DNA of 64,000 nucleotides, from the NCBI RefSeq assembly GCF_018977255.1, contig NW_024704742.1:106704001-106768000 (forward strand), in the 5' to 3' direction. The notes beneath the pieces were generated by a model that saw nothing but the letters and a program-made list of their open reading frames with translations, searched no databases and was not told the origin of the DNA. The stretch comes from Callorhinchus milii (Eukaryota). Positions 13,437 through 25,073 of this stretch are shown here, piece after piece. Position numbers and translations under genes: made by a program. Position 1 is the stretch's first letter. Each line of letters opens with the position of its first letter.

Positions 13437-13610
13437 CTGTTGCCATGAGCCAAAAATACTTGATGTGAAAGCCAATGATTTGGGGGAGACAGGGGAAGAA
13501 GTGATTTGTTCCCCTGATCTGCGTCTTCGACGCCCAGTACCCACACCACTAGTGTAATGCATCCAGGTACCACTACACTCTGGGCTAGACAAACTCAGGG
13601 GGCTCTCTTC
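13437..13610 (-). CDS. PPIP5K2: PPIP5K2 coding exon 24 ([10 protein letters not shown]...[12 protein letters not shown]...GSWQQ)
   Basis: Penta-arginine segment characteristic of PPIP5K2; 174 nt, phase 0 to 0; weak donor GTTTTT. Confidence 0.95.
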
Positions 13611-14568
13611 CTGGAAATGAGAAAAGGGGGCAAAAACAACAGCAAACCATGCAAGTTAGACACAAGTAAGCCAAATAAATCATAAAATTACTACCAATTG
13701 TGCATCATAAATCACTAACCATTCATTATACGACAATCGATCTTTGAAAACATTTCTTTCCCCCTACCCCCATCCATTAAAATGGATTGAAATAGCCAAA
13801 TTCTTCACTTTTAAAAATCTAAATTTCTGTTGTAAAAATGTGTAATCAAGTACAGAATAAAAGTTACATGTGTAAGATACACAATAAGGATTAACATACA
13901 TAGGATGGAAATGGTTAAAAACAATGTGTACATGATTAGCAGAGTAGACATCTTGTGACACTGACATTCACTGTCAAAATTGGTGCAAATGCTTCTGCTT
14001 TTGGCAATCAATCCATTTTAAACTCAGAGCAAAAAGACATGCTTAAAAATGTTGATGCTGCTTGTTTATTATATTACAAAAATTAAACTCATAGCTACAT
14101 TGGATGTCCATTACATGCCATGTTTAACTTTACTGTAGATTATAGAAACCAAACAGATGAATTTTAATAAAACATAAAAGTGAAAACTGATGTAGTTCAT
14201 AGTTTAACAATGAAGATGGCAAATACTAATATCATCTTGAGACTACTCCTGAAGCTAATGGACGATTCACACTTGTGCCTCACCATTATGAAAGCCAGTG
14301 TTACTTACTAACAAATAAGGGCCACAATCTCTTGCTCAAGCACTATGCACCCGTGATTCCCCATATAATAATTTCAATCATTTCACAGTGGGTATTTGCG
14401 AAGTAGAGGCCAAACAATTCACCACCTTAAGGTGGGAAAAAAAACCTGCAGGTCTGATGCTCTATTAAATATATAGTTTTTATAATTTTAATTAAGTCCT
14501 TTAATTTCCTCTGGGCCAACTGGGGTAAGACTGCCCCATCAGAGCATTTTCCTTTCTTTCTCTCTCAC

Positions 14569-14648
14569 TGGACAGCTGAAAAGGGATGATAATGTTGAAT
14601 ACCAGCTCTGGCAACATTCCATGACTGAGCAAGCTATGAATGGAGACC
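14569..14648 (-). CDS. PPIP5K2: Candidate alternative PPIP5K2 exon B (GSPFIACSVMECCQSWYSTLSSLFSCP)
   Basis: Strong TTTTATTTTTCAG acceptor and GTGAGA donor; 80 nt, phase 1 to 0; open frame. Confidence 0.6.
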
Positions 14649-15004
14649 CTGAAAAATAAAACTGCAAGTCACAGATAATAAATAATTTGCAAATATATAT
14701 TTTAGGATGAAAAGTTTCAGCTGAATTTCTGGTTAACCATGTAGCTAATTGAAGTATATTAACTGTTAAAATAGATTCCACTGGGACGTAAAAGTAGAAA
14801 ACAAATATTTTAATTATAGTGTACAAAATAGGGTAATATGCATTATATTGCCATGACTGTCCAGTGCCTTGGGACATCCTCCCGACGTGAAAGGCGCTAT
14901 ACAAATGTAATATTGTATTGTACAAAAACAATCCCTAAACTCTAGCAAGGATTAATATTATTAAATATAAAATTTAAACATTTTTGATTTAACTATAAAT
15001 GTAT

Positions 15005-15277
15005 AGAGACCTGGGTTCAATTCCCGGCAAGGTGAAACCTTGGACAAGTTTCCTTACTCCACACTCCTAATAATAATCTCTCCAAAAACTAAAACAATAA
15101 TAAATTGGTCATTTTCAATCTACGACTGTTTGTGGGACACTGCTGTGCACAATTGGCTGCCGCGTTTCGCCCACAAATATATGGTCAATTCACTTTACAG
15201 TCTATTCTGTGAAGCGCTTTGAGACGTCAAGAAGACGTGAAAAGCACTATATCAAATGCAAGGATTATTATTATTAT
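15005..15277 (+). mobile_element. tRNA-derived SINE, short variant, 5'-truncated
   Basis: B box, body and (TTA)n tail. Confidence 0.88.
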
Positions 15278-16108
15278 AAGATTAGCTTTGTGATTTATTA
15301 GCATTTGTTATAATTTTAGACTAGGTACTTTCATCCTGATTATACTGGTCTCTGAAAGTTAACCATTTCACACATATAAAGAACGGTTGAGAAATGGGTG
15401 ATTATGCTTGTGCTCTAATGAACTTGTGGCCAAGGGATGAAGGATAAGGAAAAGGAATGGGAGGAGGGGATGGAATTAATTAAAACTTGACCATTGTTTA
15501 TAATTGCATTCAGAAAATCAGATTAGTTTGATAAAGTAGGTCTATTAGATCTTATTTCTTTTAATGTACCTCAATTGAAAGACAATGGATGAGGCTTAAC
15601 TGTAGATTTTTAAGTCAAATTTTATATGACCTTTAAACATTTGTTCTACTTTTTACTCAGATCACTCTGGAGTGATTTGGTCTAACAGCAAAACTTAACA
15701 CACCCAAACCAAAGGTTGCACATTTGTCAGATTACATATACAATTCTGCACCGCAGCCACGTCAGACCATCATACAGGGTCAGGCTAAAGTTGGGATCAA
15801 TGAAAAGAAAGAACCCAAATTATAATGGATTGATCAACAAATGGATATGATATGAAAAAAAAGCAGATTAAAATCTCAGACTTAAAACTTCAGTTTAAAT
15901 TGAACTTTTCAAGTAGGTGTATGTAGGAATATAGCAAGGAACTTTTACACTTGCTAGTACATATGTTTGGTGAATAACGATCTAAAGAATTACATATTTT
16001 GCAAATGTTTCACGCACTCAAACAAAACGCAAACAAAATAAAATCAGCAAGTTGTAGCACAATTCCTTGGAAGCAAGCTGAATTGCAAAGTTATTAATTT
16101 GGACATAC

Positions 16109-16226
16109 CAATCAGCGTAATTTCATGATATGAAGGGGAAGCATTAAACAAAGCTGACCGTTTTGCAATTTGTGTTGGCAGGATGACTAGATTACGTATG
16201 TCTACAATGCCTCTGTAGCAACTAGA
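16109..16226 (-). CDS. PPIP5K2: Candidate alternative PPIP5K2 exon A (SSCYRGIVDIRNLV...YHEITLI)
   Basis: AG and GTATGT boundaries; open in frame; 118 nt, phase 0 to 1. Restores frame only together with 14569..14648. Confidence 0.5.
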
Positions 16227-16554
16227 CTACAATATTTGCAGTGTTAGATATAAAATGTTACATTGAAGCAAATAATTTTCTAGACGTGTTAAAACAAAAC
16301 ATATTCCAGATCTATATTAAACAAAAACACAGGATCAAATATATGATAGATTCCCATTATATACAATTCCTTATCACAGTACATTTCTTTTGCACCTAAT
16401 TCTGCATTTCTCAGAATTAAACTGTTTAAAACATCATGAAAACTTCTTAATTATTTGCTTGAAAACTCAGTACCGAAAAACTGATTTTAGAGTTTTAATT
16501 GCGTCTTTCCGTAGTGCTTATGCCTATAAAAATACGTTCCATGAGTCGTTGTCA

Positions 16555-16604
16555 AATATGCAGTAACATTAATGATAATTAATATGCAGTAACATTAATG
16601 ATAA
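16555..16604. repeat. 26-bp tandem duplication
   Basis: AATATGCAGTAACATTAATGATAA(TT) present twice. Confidence 0.9.
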
Positions 16605-17224
16605 CATTACTGACAATTAATGTCCTGCAAATGTACCCACTACAATGCTACTACAATTACTGTCTTCAGCATTTCATGATCAATATATTGAGCACAAGAA
16701 AATAATACTTTTAAAACTGTAAAACACCACCTTTTAAAATACTAGTTACATAGATAATAGAAACAGAAGTAGGCTCTTCAGACCGACGAGCTTGTTTCAC
16801 CATTTTAAAAGGATCATGGCTAATCTGTACCTGAAGTCCAGTTACCCGCCCTTGTCCCATATCCCTCAATACCCTGACATACCAAATATCTATCTACCTC
16901 CATCTTGAAAAGATGTAAGTACATCTTACAAAAGGTTTAATAGTAAATTTATTTGGCAACTATTTAATTTGTGTGGTGTTAACAGGTGTGAGATAGAAAT
17001 GTTCTGTAGAAACACTGCAAATGTTATTCCTCCTTACTGTATAATTGGTTTGTGATTCTACATGGCACTTTTATCTCATCTCTACCTTTTCAACACTGAA
17101 AAAGCCTCTGATTAGGCTCTGAATGTGGGAAAATTGGGCATAAGATTACAATTTTGGATTCCCTGGTATTGTACAAAGGTTAAAAAGCAACAGTTTTCTA
17201 CTAAGTATATATCAAAGTGAGCAG

Positions 17225-17690
17225 ATGATTTCTAGGATCGATGGAATAGGAATGAGGGACTTCAGTTATGAGAGGCTAGAGAAGCTAGGATTATTCTCCT
17301 TGGAGCAGAGAAGGTTAAGAGGAGGCTTAATAGAAGTTTCCAAAATGATGAGGGGATTTGGTAAACAAGGAGAAACTATTTCCACTGGCCGGTGGGTCGG
17401 TAACCCGAGGACGCCGATTTAAAATAGTTGTTAAAAGAAACAGAGGGCAGGTGAGAACAAATGTTTTCACATAGTGAGTTGTTCGGATCTGGAATGCAAT
17501 GCCTGAAAGGGTGGTGGAAGCCGATTCAATGACAACTTTTAAAAGAGAAGTAGATAATTATTTGGGGAGGACAAGTTTGCAGGGCTATGGGGAGAGAGAG
17601 GGGAAGTGGGATTGATTTGGATAGCTCTTTTAAAAGAGCCGGCACAGACACAATGGGCTGAATGGCCTCCTTCTGTGCTGTATAATTCTG
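17225..17690 (+). mobile_element. CR1 LINE 3' fragment
   Basis: SYERLEKLGLFSLEQRRLRGGLIEV, the CR1 ORF2 C-terminal motif. Confidence 0.9.
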
Positions 17691-17975
17691 AGACGGCTTG
17701 AAAGAAAGTGAGTAAAAATAGAATATAGGAATTATGGACTAACTGTCTATTATTTGTATTATGATGGCTGTCCCCGTTTAATATTATACTTATGCATACT
17801 GTTGCATTTATGATGTTAAATCTTTACTTTTTTTGTTTAAACCCTTCTCTCTGGTGGCAGGGAGGCACTACATTCTTTTCTTACTTCATGCAAAATTACA
17901 GAATTGTGGTGTCTTTACAAACATCCAAAAAGGTTCTTTCATAACAAACGCACTTCCTTTAAAATGATCACTTAC

Positions 17976-18143
17976 TTCCACCGAGCCTATTTTCTTGGAT
18001 CGTGGCAGCGGGGATTTTCGGTGTATATAAATGGGGTCAGATACCATGGGCCTGAATAACACCAGGGTCTTTTCAGAATCTTCTCTTCTTGAAGCCAAGT
18101 CTTCTTCAGACTCGCTCTGGGAGGATTTCTTTGAACCTTCACT
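17976..18143 (-). CDS. PPIP5K2: PPIP5K2 coding exon 23 (SEGSKKSSQ...PIYIHRKSPLPRSKKIGSVE)
   Basis: Overlaps ORF 17886..18098; 168 nt; donor GTAAGT. Confidence 0.93.
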
Positions 18144-18245
18144 CTATTTAGAAAAAAATAACAAAAGCAATTACCTCTAGGAGCTCATCTTTCCTTAGAA
18201 AATAAATTGTTTTACATTTAAATAATTTACTGAGTAGTTTTTTTT

Positions 18246-18673
18246 AACAACAACAAGATTTCATTTATAGAGCGCCTTTCACGTCGGGAGGACTTCCCAA
18301 GGCGCTGGACAGTTGGGTCGGGACCCGAGCAAGGGGGGGAAATGGTCAGGGTGAGGGGAGGGAAGGGAGGGAGGGAGCGAGGAGGGGGTAGAGAGTCGAG
18401 AGGGGAGCTGAAGGCACGGTCAAAGAGAAAGGTCTTGAGACCGGCCTTGAAGGAGGAAAGGGAGGAAGAAAGGCGAAGGCACTGGGGGATGGAGTTCTAG
18501 AGCCCAGGGGCTAAGAGGCTGAAAGCCCGGCCACCGATGGTAGGGCGGTTGGGGCGGGGGATGTGGAGCAGACCGGAGCCAGAGGAACGGAGGGTACGGG
18601 CAGGTAAGTAGGGGGATAGTAGGTCAGAGAGGTAGGAGGGAGCAAGGCCGTGAATGGCCTTGTAGGTGAGGAT
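18246..18673 (-). mobile_element. Young L2 3' end with (TTG)n tail
   Basis: Near-identical to 34743-35210 and to 40948-41367. Confidence 0.9.
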
Positions 18674-19157
18674 TAAGCAGGATTCTTACAAAATAAAATT
18701 CCATAACACAGAAGAAGGCTATTCAGCTTAAAGTGTCTGCTAGTTCTTTCAAAGAGTAATCCATTGAATCCCTTTTCCTGCCTTTTCCCCACACTCCTGC
18801 AAATTACTGCTTTTTAAGATATCTATCTAGTTCTCTCTTGAAAGCTAATATGGATGATGGAAAAATCTTCAATATTTTCACTATTACCTGTAATTTTGTC
18901 AAACTTTTTAAATAAATTACACAAAATTTAAGAGTCCATTGCCAAAAACATATATACAACTCCATTTTTAATCAACTCTAAAAATATAATGGTGATTCAG
19001 TTTTGGACAATTCTCTAAAATAGAACAGATTGATTGTCTGTGTAAATAATCTTTAAATATATTTTGTTGGTAGGGGTTATGGCCTTTCACATTGAAAAAA
19101 GCCAACAAAATTCCTTGACTACACATACAACTCAACATTACACTCATACAAAAATAC

Positions 19158-19274
19158 CTCACGTGAAGCTGGTCTGTATCCAAAACCAGATGGAATATTT
19201 TTATCTTCCTCACATCCTTTAGCACCAGGGCTGAAGTGTAATTCAACATGAAAACGTTCCTCTGAAGAAGGGTC
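19158..19274 (-). CDS. PPIP5K2: PPIP5K2 coding exon 22 ([17 protein letters not shown]...YRPASRE)
   Basis: Manual translation; 117 nt; AG/GT. Confidence 0.96.
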
Positions 19275-19521
19275 CTAAAAGTTAGTTATGAGAAACAATA
19301 GACTGCAGGGATCAGATTAAATACTTCGCTTTGCATTTATCTATCTATTATGGGTCATGGGAGAGAGCAAATGAGTGACTTCCTTCAGTCTGAGAAAGCT
19401 GCTAAATAACATGCAACATTGACCTGGAGGCATCTCTCCACTGTATAGAACTACATTGTTGACATGTGTTGCCTCTCCAAAGCAATGAGGTTGATGCCAT
19501 GTCATGCCATGTAACATCACT

Positions 19522-19885
19522 CTTTTTTGGTCAGCCTAGGTAGGGTCTGACCATGTGAAAACCAACCATCATGCTAAAGTGTATCCAAATCACACAGAAT
19601 TTGATGCATATTACGTATAGATGAAAATGTTTGTATCTAGGATGCAACACCCACTCTTTCACAGAGGGACGCAGCACACCCGTGCTTATCCAATACTGTA
19701 GAGTATTCGGTACAGCTTGGCAAGAGCCAAGGTTTGGAGACCCCAGGGTGTGGGTTGGGGGACTGCTGGAGGTTAACCAGGTAAAACCCCACAGATTGCC
19801 ACTGAAAGTACTGCTTGGCAAGATTCGCGCTGCTCAACCAACTGGGAACACCCTACCGTTACCCATTAGGCCTTTGGCTTAGAGT
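19522..19885 (-). mobile_element. 3' end of the unassigned LINE family
   Basis: Shares GGCAAGAGCCAAGG and ACTGCTGGAG..AACCAG blocks; T-run followed by GGTCAG at the terminus. Confidence 0.75.
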
Positions 19886-20728
19886 TAAATTCAAAAATTG
19901 CATAGAGTTTGGTTAAATACTTTACCACATTGGAGGGATGTACTATAATTAAACATACTGAATTTCAAATAAAAAGTTAATGAAATCTATGAATTGAAAT
20001 CTAGTAATTGCTTTATCACATTGACACAGAGTACAGAATGACCTCACAGAATCTCACCCTCGAGGGGGCGTGCTGGAGCTTGTAAAAGTCACAGAACTTA
20101 CCAAAAACACTCATATACAACGCAGCATTTGATGTTTTTTGGGAAAGGAGGAAAGAAGCGGGAAAAGACAGACCACGGCCTAATTTAAGCCATAAAATTA
20201 GGTATTTGAATGGAACTTTGAAACCCCAAAGAGCTACAGAACGTTGAATTAAAATAGCAGAGGTACTTACTTATATTTCTTACTTCAGGTGAAACTATTC
20301 TAAACCATCAAACTTTGGTTTCATCTACACCTAGGGAAATGCTTAAGCCACCATGTAAGTAATGTGACTTGAGCAATAAATGATTATTTTGACAAGTAGT
20401 ATAATTGGGTGAAGAAAGTTGATGGAGGGAATCGGACATTATTCAAATCTCTGGTGAATAAAATTTGCTTGTACAGTATAAAGAGGATTTGTTAGATTTC
20501 ATTTGAGCAATATAAAAGAATCAGGTCATGAGAAAAAACAAGTGCAAGTGAATTTACATTTAGTTGAGCTAGACTGAATTACTCACAGGAAATATGAATT
20601 AATTATAGCTATTATCCAATACTCCAAATGAAAATAAAATATTTAGTATTAATGAAAGGGTAAGTAACTATGGTATTTTCTCTAGGTGAGAGAAAATGCA
20701 TTTCTTCAGCGTGCAGAAGATGTAGTAC

Positions 20729-20836
20729 CTTGTTTGGGTCCTCATATAACATGATAACAATCTGAGTCATGTAATTCAGCTCACTAACATAGTTCAGATA
20801 ATCCATCGCCCTTTTCCACTGATCATCTTTGGTCTC
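20729..20836 (-). CDS. PPIP5K2: PPIP5K2 coding exon 21 ([14 protein letters not shown]...LYEDPNK)
   Basis: Overlaps ORF 20612..20854; 108 nt. Confidence 0.96.
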
Positions 20837-20969
20837 CTGAAGGAAGGAAAGCATGAATAAAACCTCTATTTTTAGAAATATTATTACTTTAGAAGCATTT
20901 CATCTGAGAGGTTAGTGATTAAATCAATGTAGTCAGAGAAATTCCTGTTGCAGCAAGACAATCCTACAC

Positions 20970-21326
20970 TGGAGTCCTGTAGCTCAGTGATTAGAGCACT
21001 TGCCTTGCAAGCGAGACCTCGGTTCGATTGCTGGCAGGGTGAAATGTTAGGCAAGTTTCCTTACTCCACTCGCCTCCATTTACCTAGCAGTAAGTAGGAA
21101 CCCAGTTGTTAAGTCGATTTGTCGATCGCTTTTCCAGGGCTAATAATTCCTTAAAAATAATAAATTGGTCACTTCAATCCACGACTGTCTGTGAGACACT
21201 GCTGTGCGCAATTGGCTGCCGTGTTTCACCCACAAAATATACTGTCAATTCACTTTACAGTATATTCTGTGAGACGTCTCCAAGACGTGATAAGGCGCTA
21301 TATCAAATGCATGGATTATTATTATT
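20970..21326 (+). mobile_element. tRNA-derived SINE, long variant
   Basis: Contains the extra TTTACCTAGCAGTAAGTAGGAACCC block. Confidence 0.9.
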
Positions 21327-23075
21327 AGACTTAATAGGATATAAAATTCTTATGTATGCCTGCAGACTGGTCAGTGCACTTTACAGTAAATCCTGAGGAG
21401 CACTTTGAAATATTTTCCTGATGTGAAAGGTACTACATCAAATGCAAAAATTATTTTTCTTATGATTATTAAGTAACATTACACTGAGAATGTGAACAAA
21501 CATTTGCTGACAATGTCAAGGGAGCATTTTATTGATATTATTACTGCTATTTTTACCAGTTCTGAAAAAGTGATATTTCACTTCAGTTTTATTAAAAGGC
21601 ATGATGGATTGGATTATTAAGAAAGACTCAATTGAATGTCTATTCAGTTTAACATTTAAAAATGTATCTGCGTATTGTAAACTGAGGTTACCTGATTTAC
21701 AATAAGCCAAATACTGTAAATTAAAAATACTATTTCACATATTGTATTGTACAATATATTGTATTGTATATATTATACGCAATATATCAAACACATTATA
21801 TTGTATGTTATATACAATTGTTCGGCATATTTAATGTATTAGAAGATCTTACAATGCATTGGATCAGTTGGTAGCACTCTCGCTTCTAATCAGAAGGTTG
21901 TGGGTTCAAACCCCCATATCAAGACATTGAGGTCAAGTGCTAGGCCAATACTCCAATATGATACCGGGGGAGCACTGCATTGTGAAGTCATTCGGATGAG
22001 ATGTTAAACCAAGGTCCCAGCTTCATGTTTGGGTGGATGTTAAAGATCCCACTGCACTATTTCAAAAAGAGAAGGAAATTTCTTCCAGTGCCCTTGTTGT
22101 CAATTCCCCAGACTGCAGCATTTGCTTACAAAATACGTGATCACGACAATTTACAGTAAAATTGAGTACCTTTTCGAGATTTCCTCCTGATCAAAGTGCA
22201 AAGATTATTATGTTGTTGGGTTTACATTGTACTTCTACAAAGTTCCAAGTATTTTTTTAAAAAATTATGCCGGTTACTTAATGTCACATGAACAATATTA
22301 CTTTTCTCATAAAATTACATGATGCATACAATATACTAATTGCAGTTAATCAGTACCATAAATGTCCACATACTGCGATTGGACGAATGACCAGCTAATC
22401 TGCAGGGAGTGAATGATGGATTTTAATGCAGTACACCAGAAATTCCAGCTCTTTTGAAATATTGTCACTGGAACTTTAACCTGTATCTGTATTGACCAGA
22501 ACAAGAAGATGGAATGTTAGTAAACATCTTATTTGGATCTGTTAGTTAATGTCTTATTTGAAGGATGGCATCTCCAACAACACAGCACTCCCTCAGAACC
22601 GGACTTTAAAACAAACTTTTATTGATGAAAGAGAGTGAATTAAAACCAAATATCTGCATTGTTTCTAGATCCACAATTATAGCAGATTTACGACTAAAAT
22701 TCCACCTTGCCTTGCATGATGCATATAAAATTATATTCCTGCTTCATTCTAAACCTAATACATATGCATCCAACTGAATTATGCCCCACCCCTCCATTTT
22801 GGAGCTCCAAAAATGCGATTTGCAATGAAGACCCTAAGAGGCGACAATAAAGACCCTTGCACACTACATGCTTTGGGCACTTAGAGTCTAGATTTTAACT
22901 CATACGGAGTTAAACTCTCAAACTTCCGACAAGGTGAAAGGAATGCTACCAATAGAACCAAAATGTCAGTCCAATCCTACACAATCCCATTCCTCATTCC
23001 CAAAAAGTAAGAAATACAGTAAAGGTTTCTGTTTGTGAACTGAAAATAAGTGAATGGTAGTTTTCTGATGCTTAC

Positions 23076-23190
23076 ATCACACAAGGCTCCATAGCGCAAT
23101 AGAGAGAGAAGCGAGTGTACATGGCTCTCACTGGTGAAGTATAACCGTGTACGAACATGCCGCTCTGGAGACATCACTCCCCTGGAGTAT
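23076..23190 (-). CDS. PPIP5K2: PPIP5K2 coding exon 20 ([28 protein letters not shown]...ALCD)
   Basis: [11 protein letters not shown] motif; 115 nt. Confidence 0.97.
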
Positions 23191-23296
23191 CTGAAAAGTA
23201 TAAAAATGGCAATTATTCTCAATATATTGGAAACAATATACATGTAATCGGATTCTAAACAATTCAATAGCTTTACATGATGCTATACAGGACAAG

Positions 23297-23658
23297 TGGA
23301 GTCCTGTAGCTCAGTAGTTAGAGCACTTGTCTCGCAAGCGAGAAATCTGGGTTTGATTCCTGGCAGGACGAAACCTTAGGCAAGCTTCCTTACTCCACAC
23401 ACTTGTTAATCTAGCAGTAAGTAGGAACCCGGTTGTTAGTCGATTGGCGGATCGCTTTTCCGGGGGTAATAATTCCTTCCAAAAAAAATAATAAATTGGT
23501 CACTTCAATCCACGACTGTCTGTGGGATACTGCTGTGCGCAATCAGCTGTCACGTTTCACCCACAAAATATACAGTCAATTCACTTTATTTTGTGAAGTG
23601 CTTTGAGACGTCTGGAAGACGTGATAAGGCGCTATATCAAATGCAAGGATTATTATTA
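23297..23658 (+). mobile_element. tRNA-derived SINE, long variant
   Basis: Full head, extra block and tail. Confidence 0.9.
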
Positions 23659-24514
23659 TAAAATAATATATTCCAATGTAATGCATATTCAGTACACTTA
23701 TGGAAACTATTCAATAATCATAACTGCAAGTGATACTTTTATGGTTTCTGTACACTTGGGCAATAACATTTTCCCCATCTTTCATGCAAATTGATCAATT
23801 ACATTTTTACATCATTTCAGATTATTAGACCAAGTGAGGCCTGAAAGCATTCCTGTCTGAGCACTTGTCTTGGAGTGACGAGTTATCAGGAATTCACTTC
23901 TGAAAGCTTGTCACTCCAAGGGAAAGTGACGAGTTATCCCAAGTGGCAAGTTAGGCATACATATATATTATACGTATACACACACACACATAAATAAATG
24001 TGGCTGGGATATCGACATCATGGTTACTTAAATGGCAATGGCAAGTTAAGCCAGGGTCAAGTTATCATAGTTTACTGTATGTGTCATGTAAATTGCTCTG
24101 GCTAATACTAAATTTGTTAAATGCATAATAATAGTAAGTCAGTTATTTCTCACTTACAAAGTCATTTTTAGTATCAAATTGTTGTTGTGCGGCTCCTTTC
24201 TATGTTTTAACTTAGTACTTCTTCCAAATATATCTTTATATCTAGGTGTATGGTGTGAAACTATGGTTCATGCTGTTCCAAAGTTAGTATATATGGTGCT
24301 TACATTCATCTAAAATAATGCAATGTCCTATCTTAAGAAGCTTCTCAGAACATGAGCAAAGTAAGGCCATTTCCACAAGTGTAACTTCCCAAACACAACT
24401 ACCCAAAACGCTTGCAAACAGCTTTACTTCATTTTCCAAATCTTACTTCAAGTTTGCTACACAGTGCACATTTTTTTGTGGCTATTGAGTCTATATGCAG
24501 AAGAACATTGCGTC

Positions 24515-24900
24515 AGCTCAGTCTGTAGTACTCTTGCCTGAGTTACAAGGTTGTGGGTTCAAGCCCCACATCAGGCCTTGGATCGTATAGTGTGACACTC
24601 GAATGCAGTGCTGGGTATGTGCTGCAATGTCAGAGGTGCTGTCCTTCAGTTAAGACATTAAACGGAGGTCCCATCCATCTGCCTGCTCAGTTGAAAGTTA
24701 AAGATCCCATGGCACTCTTTGAAAAGAGAAGGGAGTTTCTCCCAGTGTCTTGGCCAATAATCCCCCAAATGAAATAGGTCATTCAATAAATGGCTGTTTG
24801 TGACACTGCTGTGTGCAAATTGGTTGGCAGGTTCACCCACAAAATGTAGTCAATTGAGATGATCTCCCACATAAAAGGCATTATCCCAAACAAAATGATT
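24515..24900 (+). mobile_element. Older Deu-domain SINE (SacSINE/AmnSINE-like)
   Basis: GTGCTGCA.TGTC.GAGGTGC.GTC.TT...GAC.TTAAAC.GAGG.CCC block. Related copies at about 21860-22110, 36735-37150 (minus), 39400-39800 and 44810-45180. Confidence 0.7.
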
Positions 24901-24945
24901 AGTATCATGCATTAGAAAGTACATTTAGTGTAAATAAAAACTTAC

Positions 24946-25073
24946 AATGGATGTAGTTTGTTAACAGTATCATCATCCTGTGTTCTTTGCAAGTCTGAGC
25001 GAATTTTCCTGATCAAAGGAGTGCAATAGCCTTTGGCAATATCCAGTTTTTCATCCTTAGTTATGCCATATTC
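24946..25073 (-). CDS. PPIP5K2: PPIP5K2 coding exon 19 ([20 protein letters not shown]...NKLHPL)
   Basis: Manual translation; 128 nt; AG/GTAAG. Confidence 0.96.
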
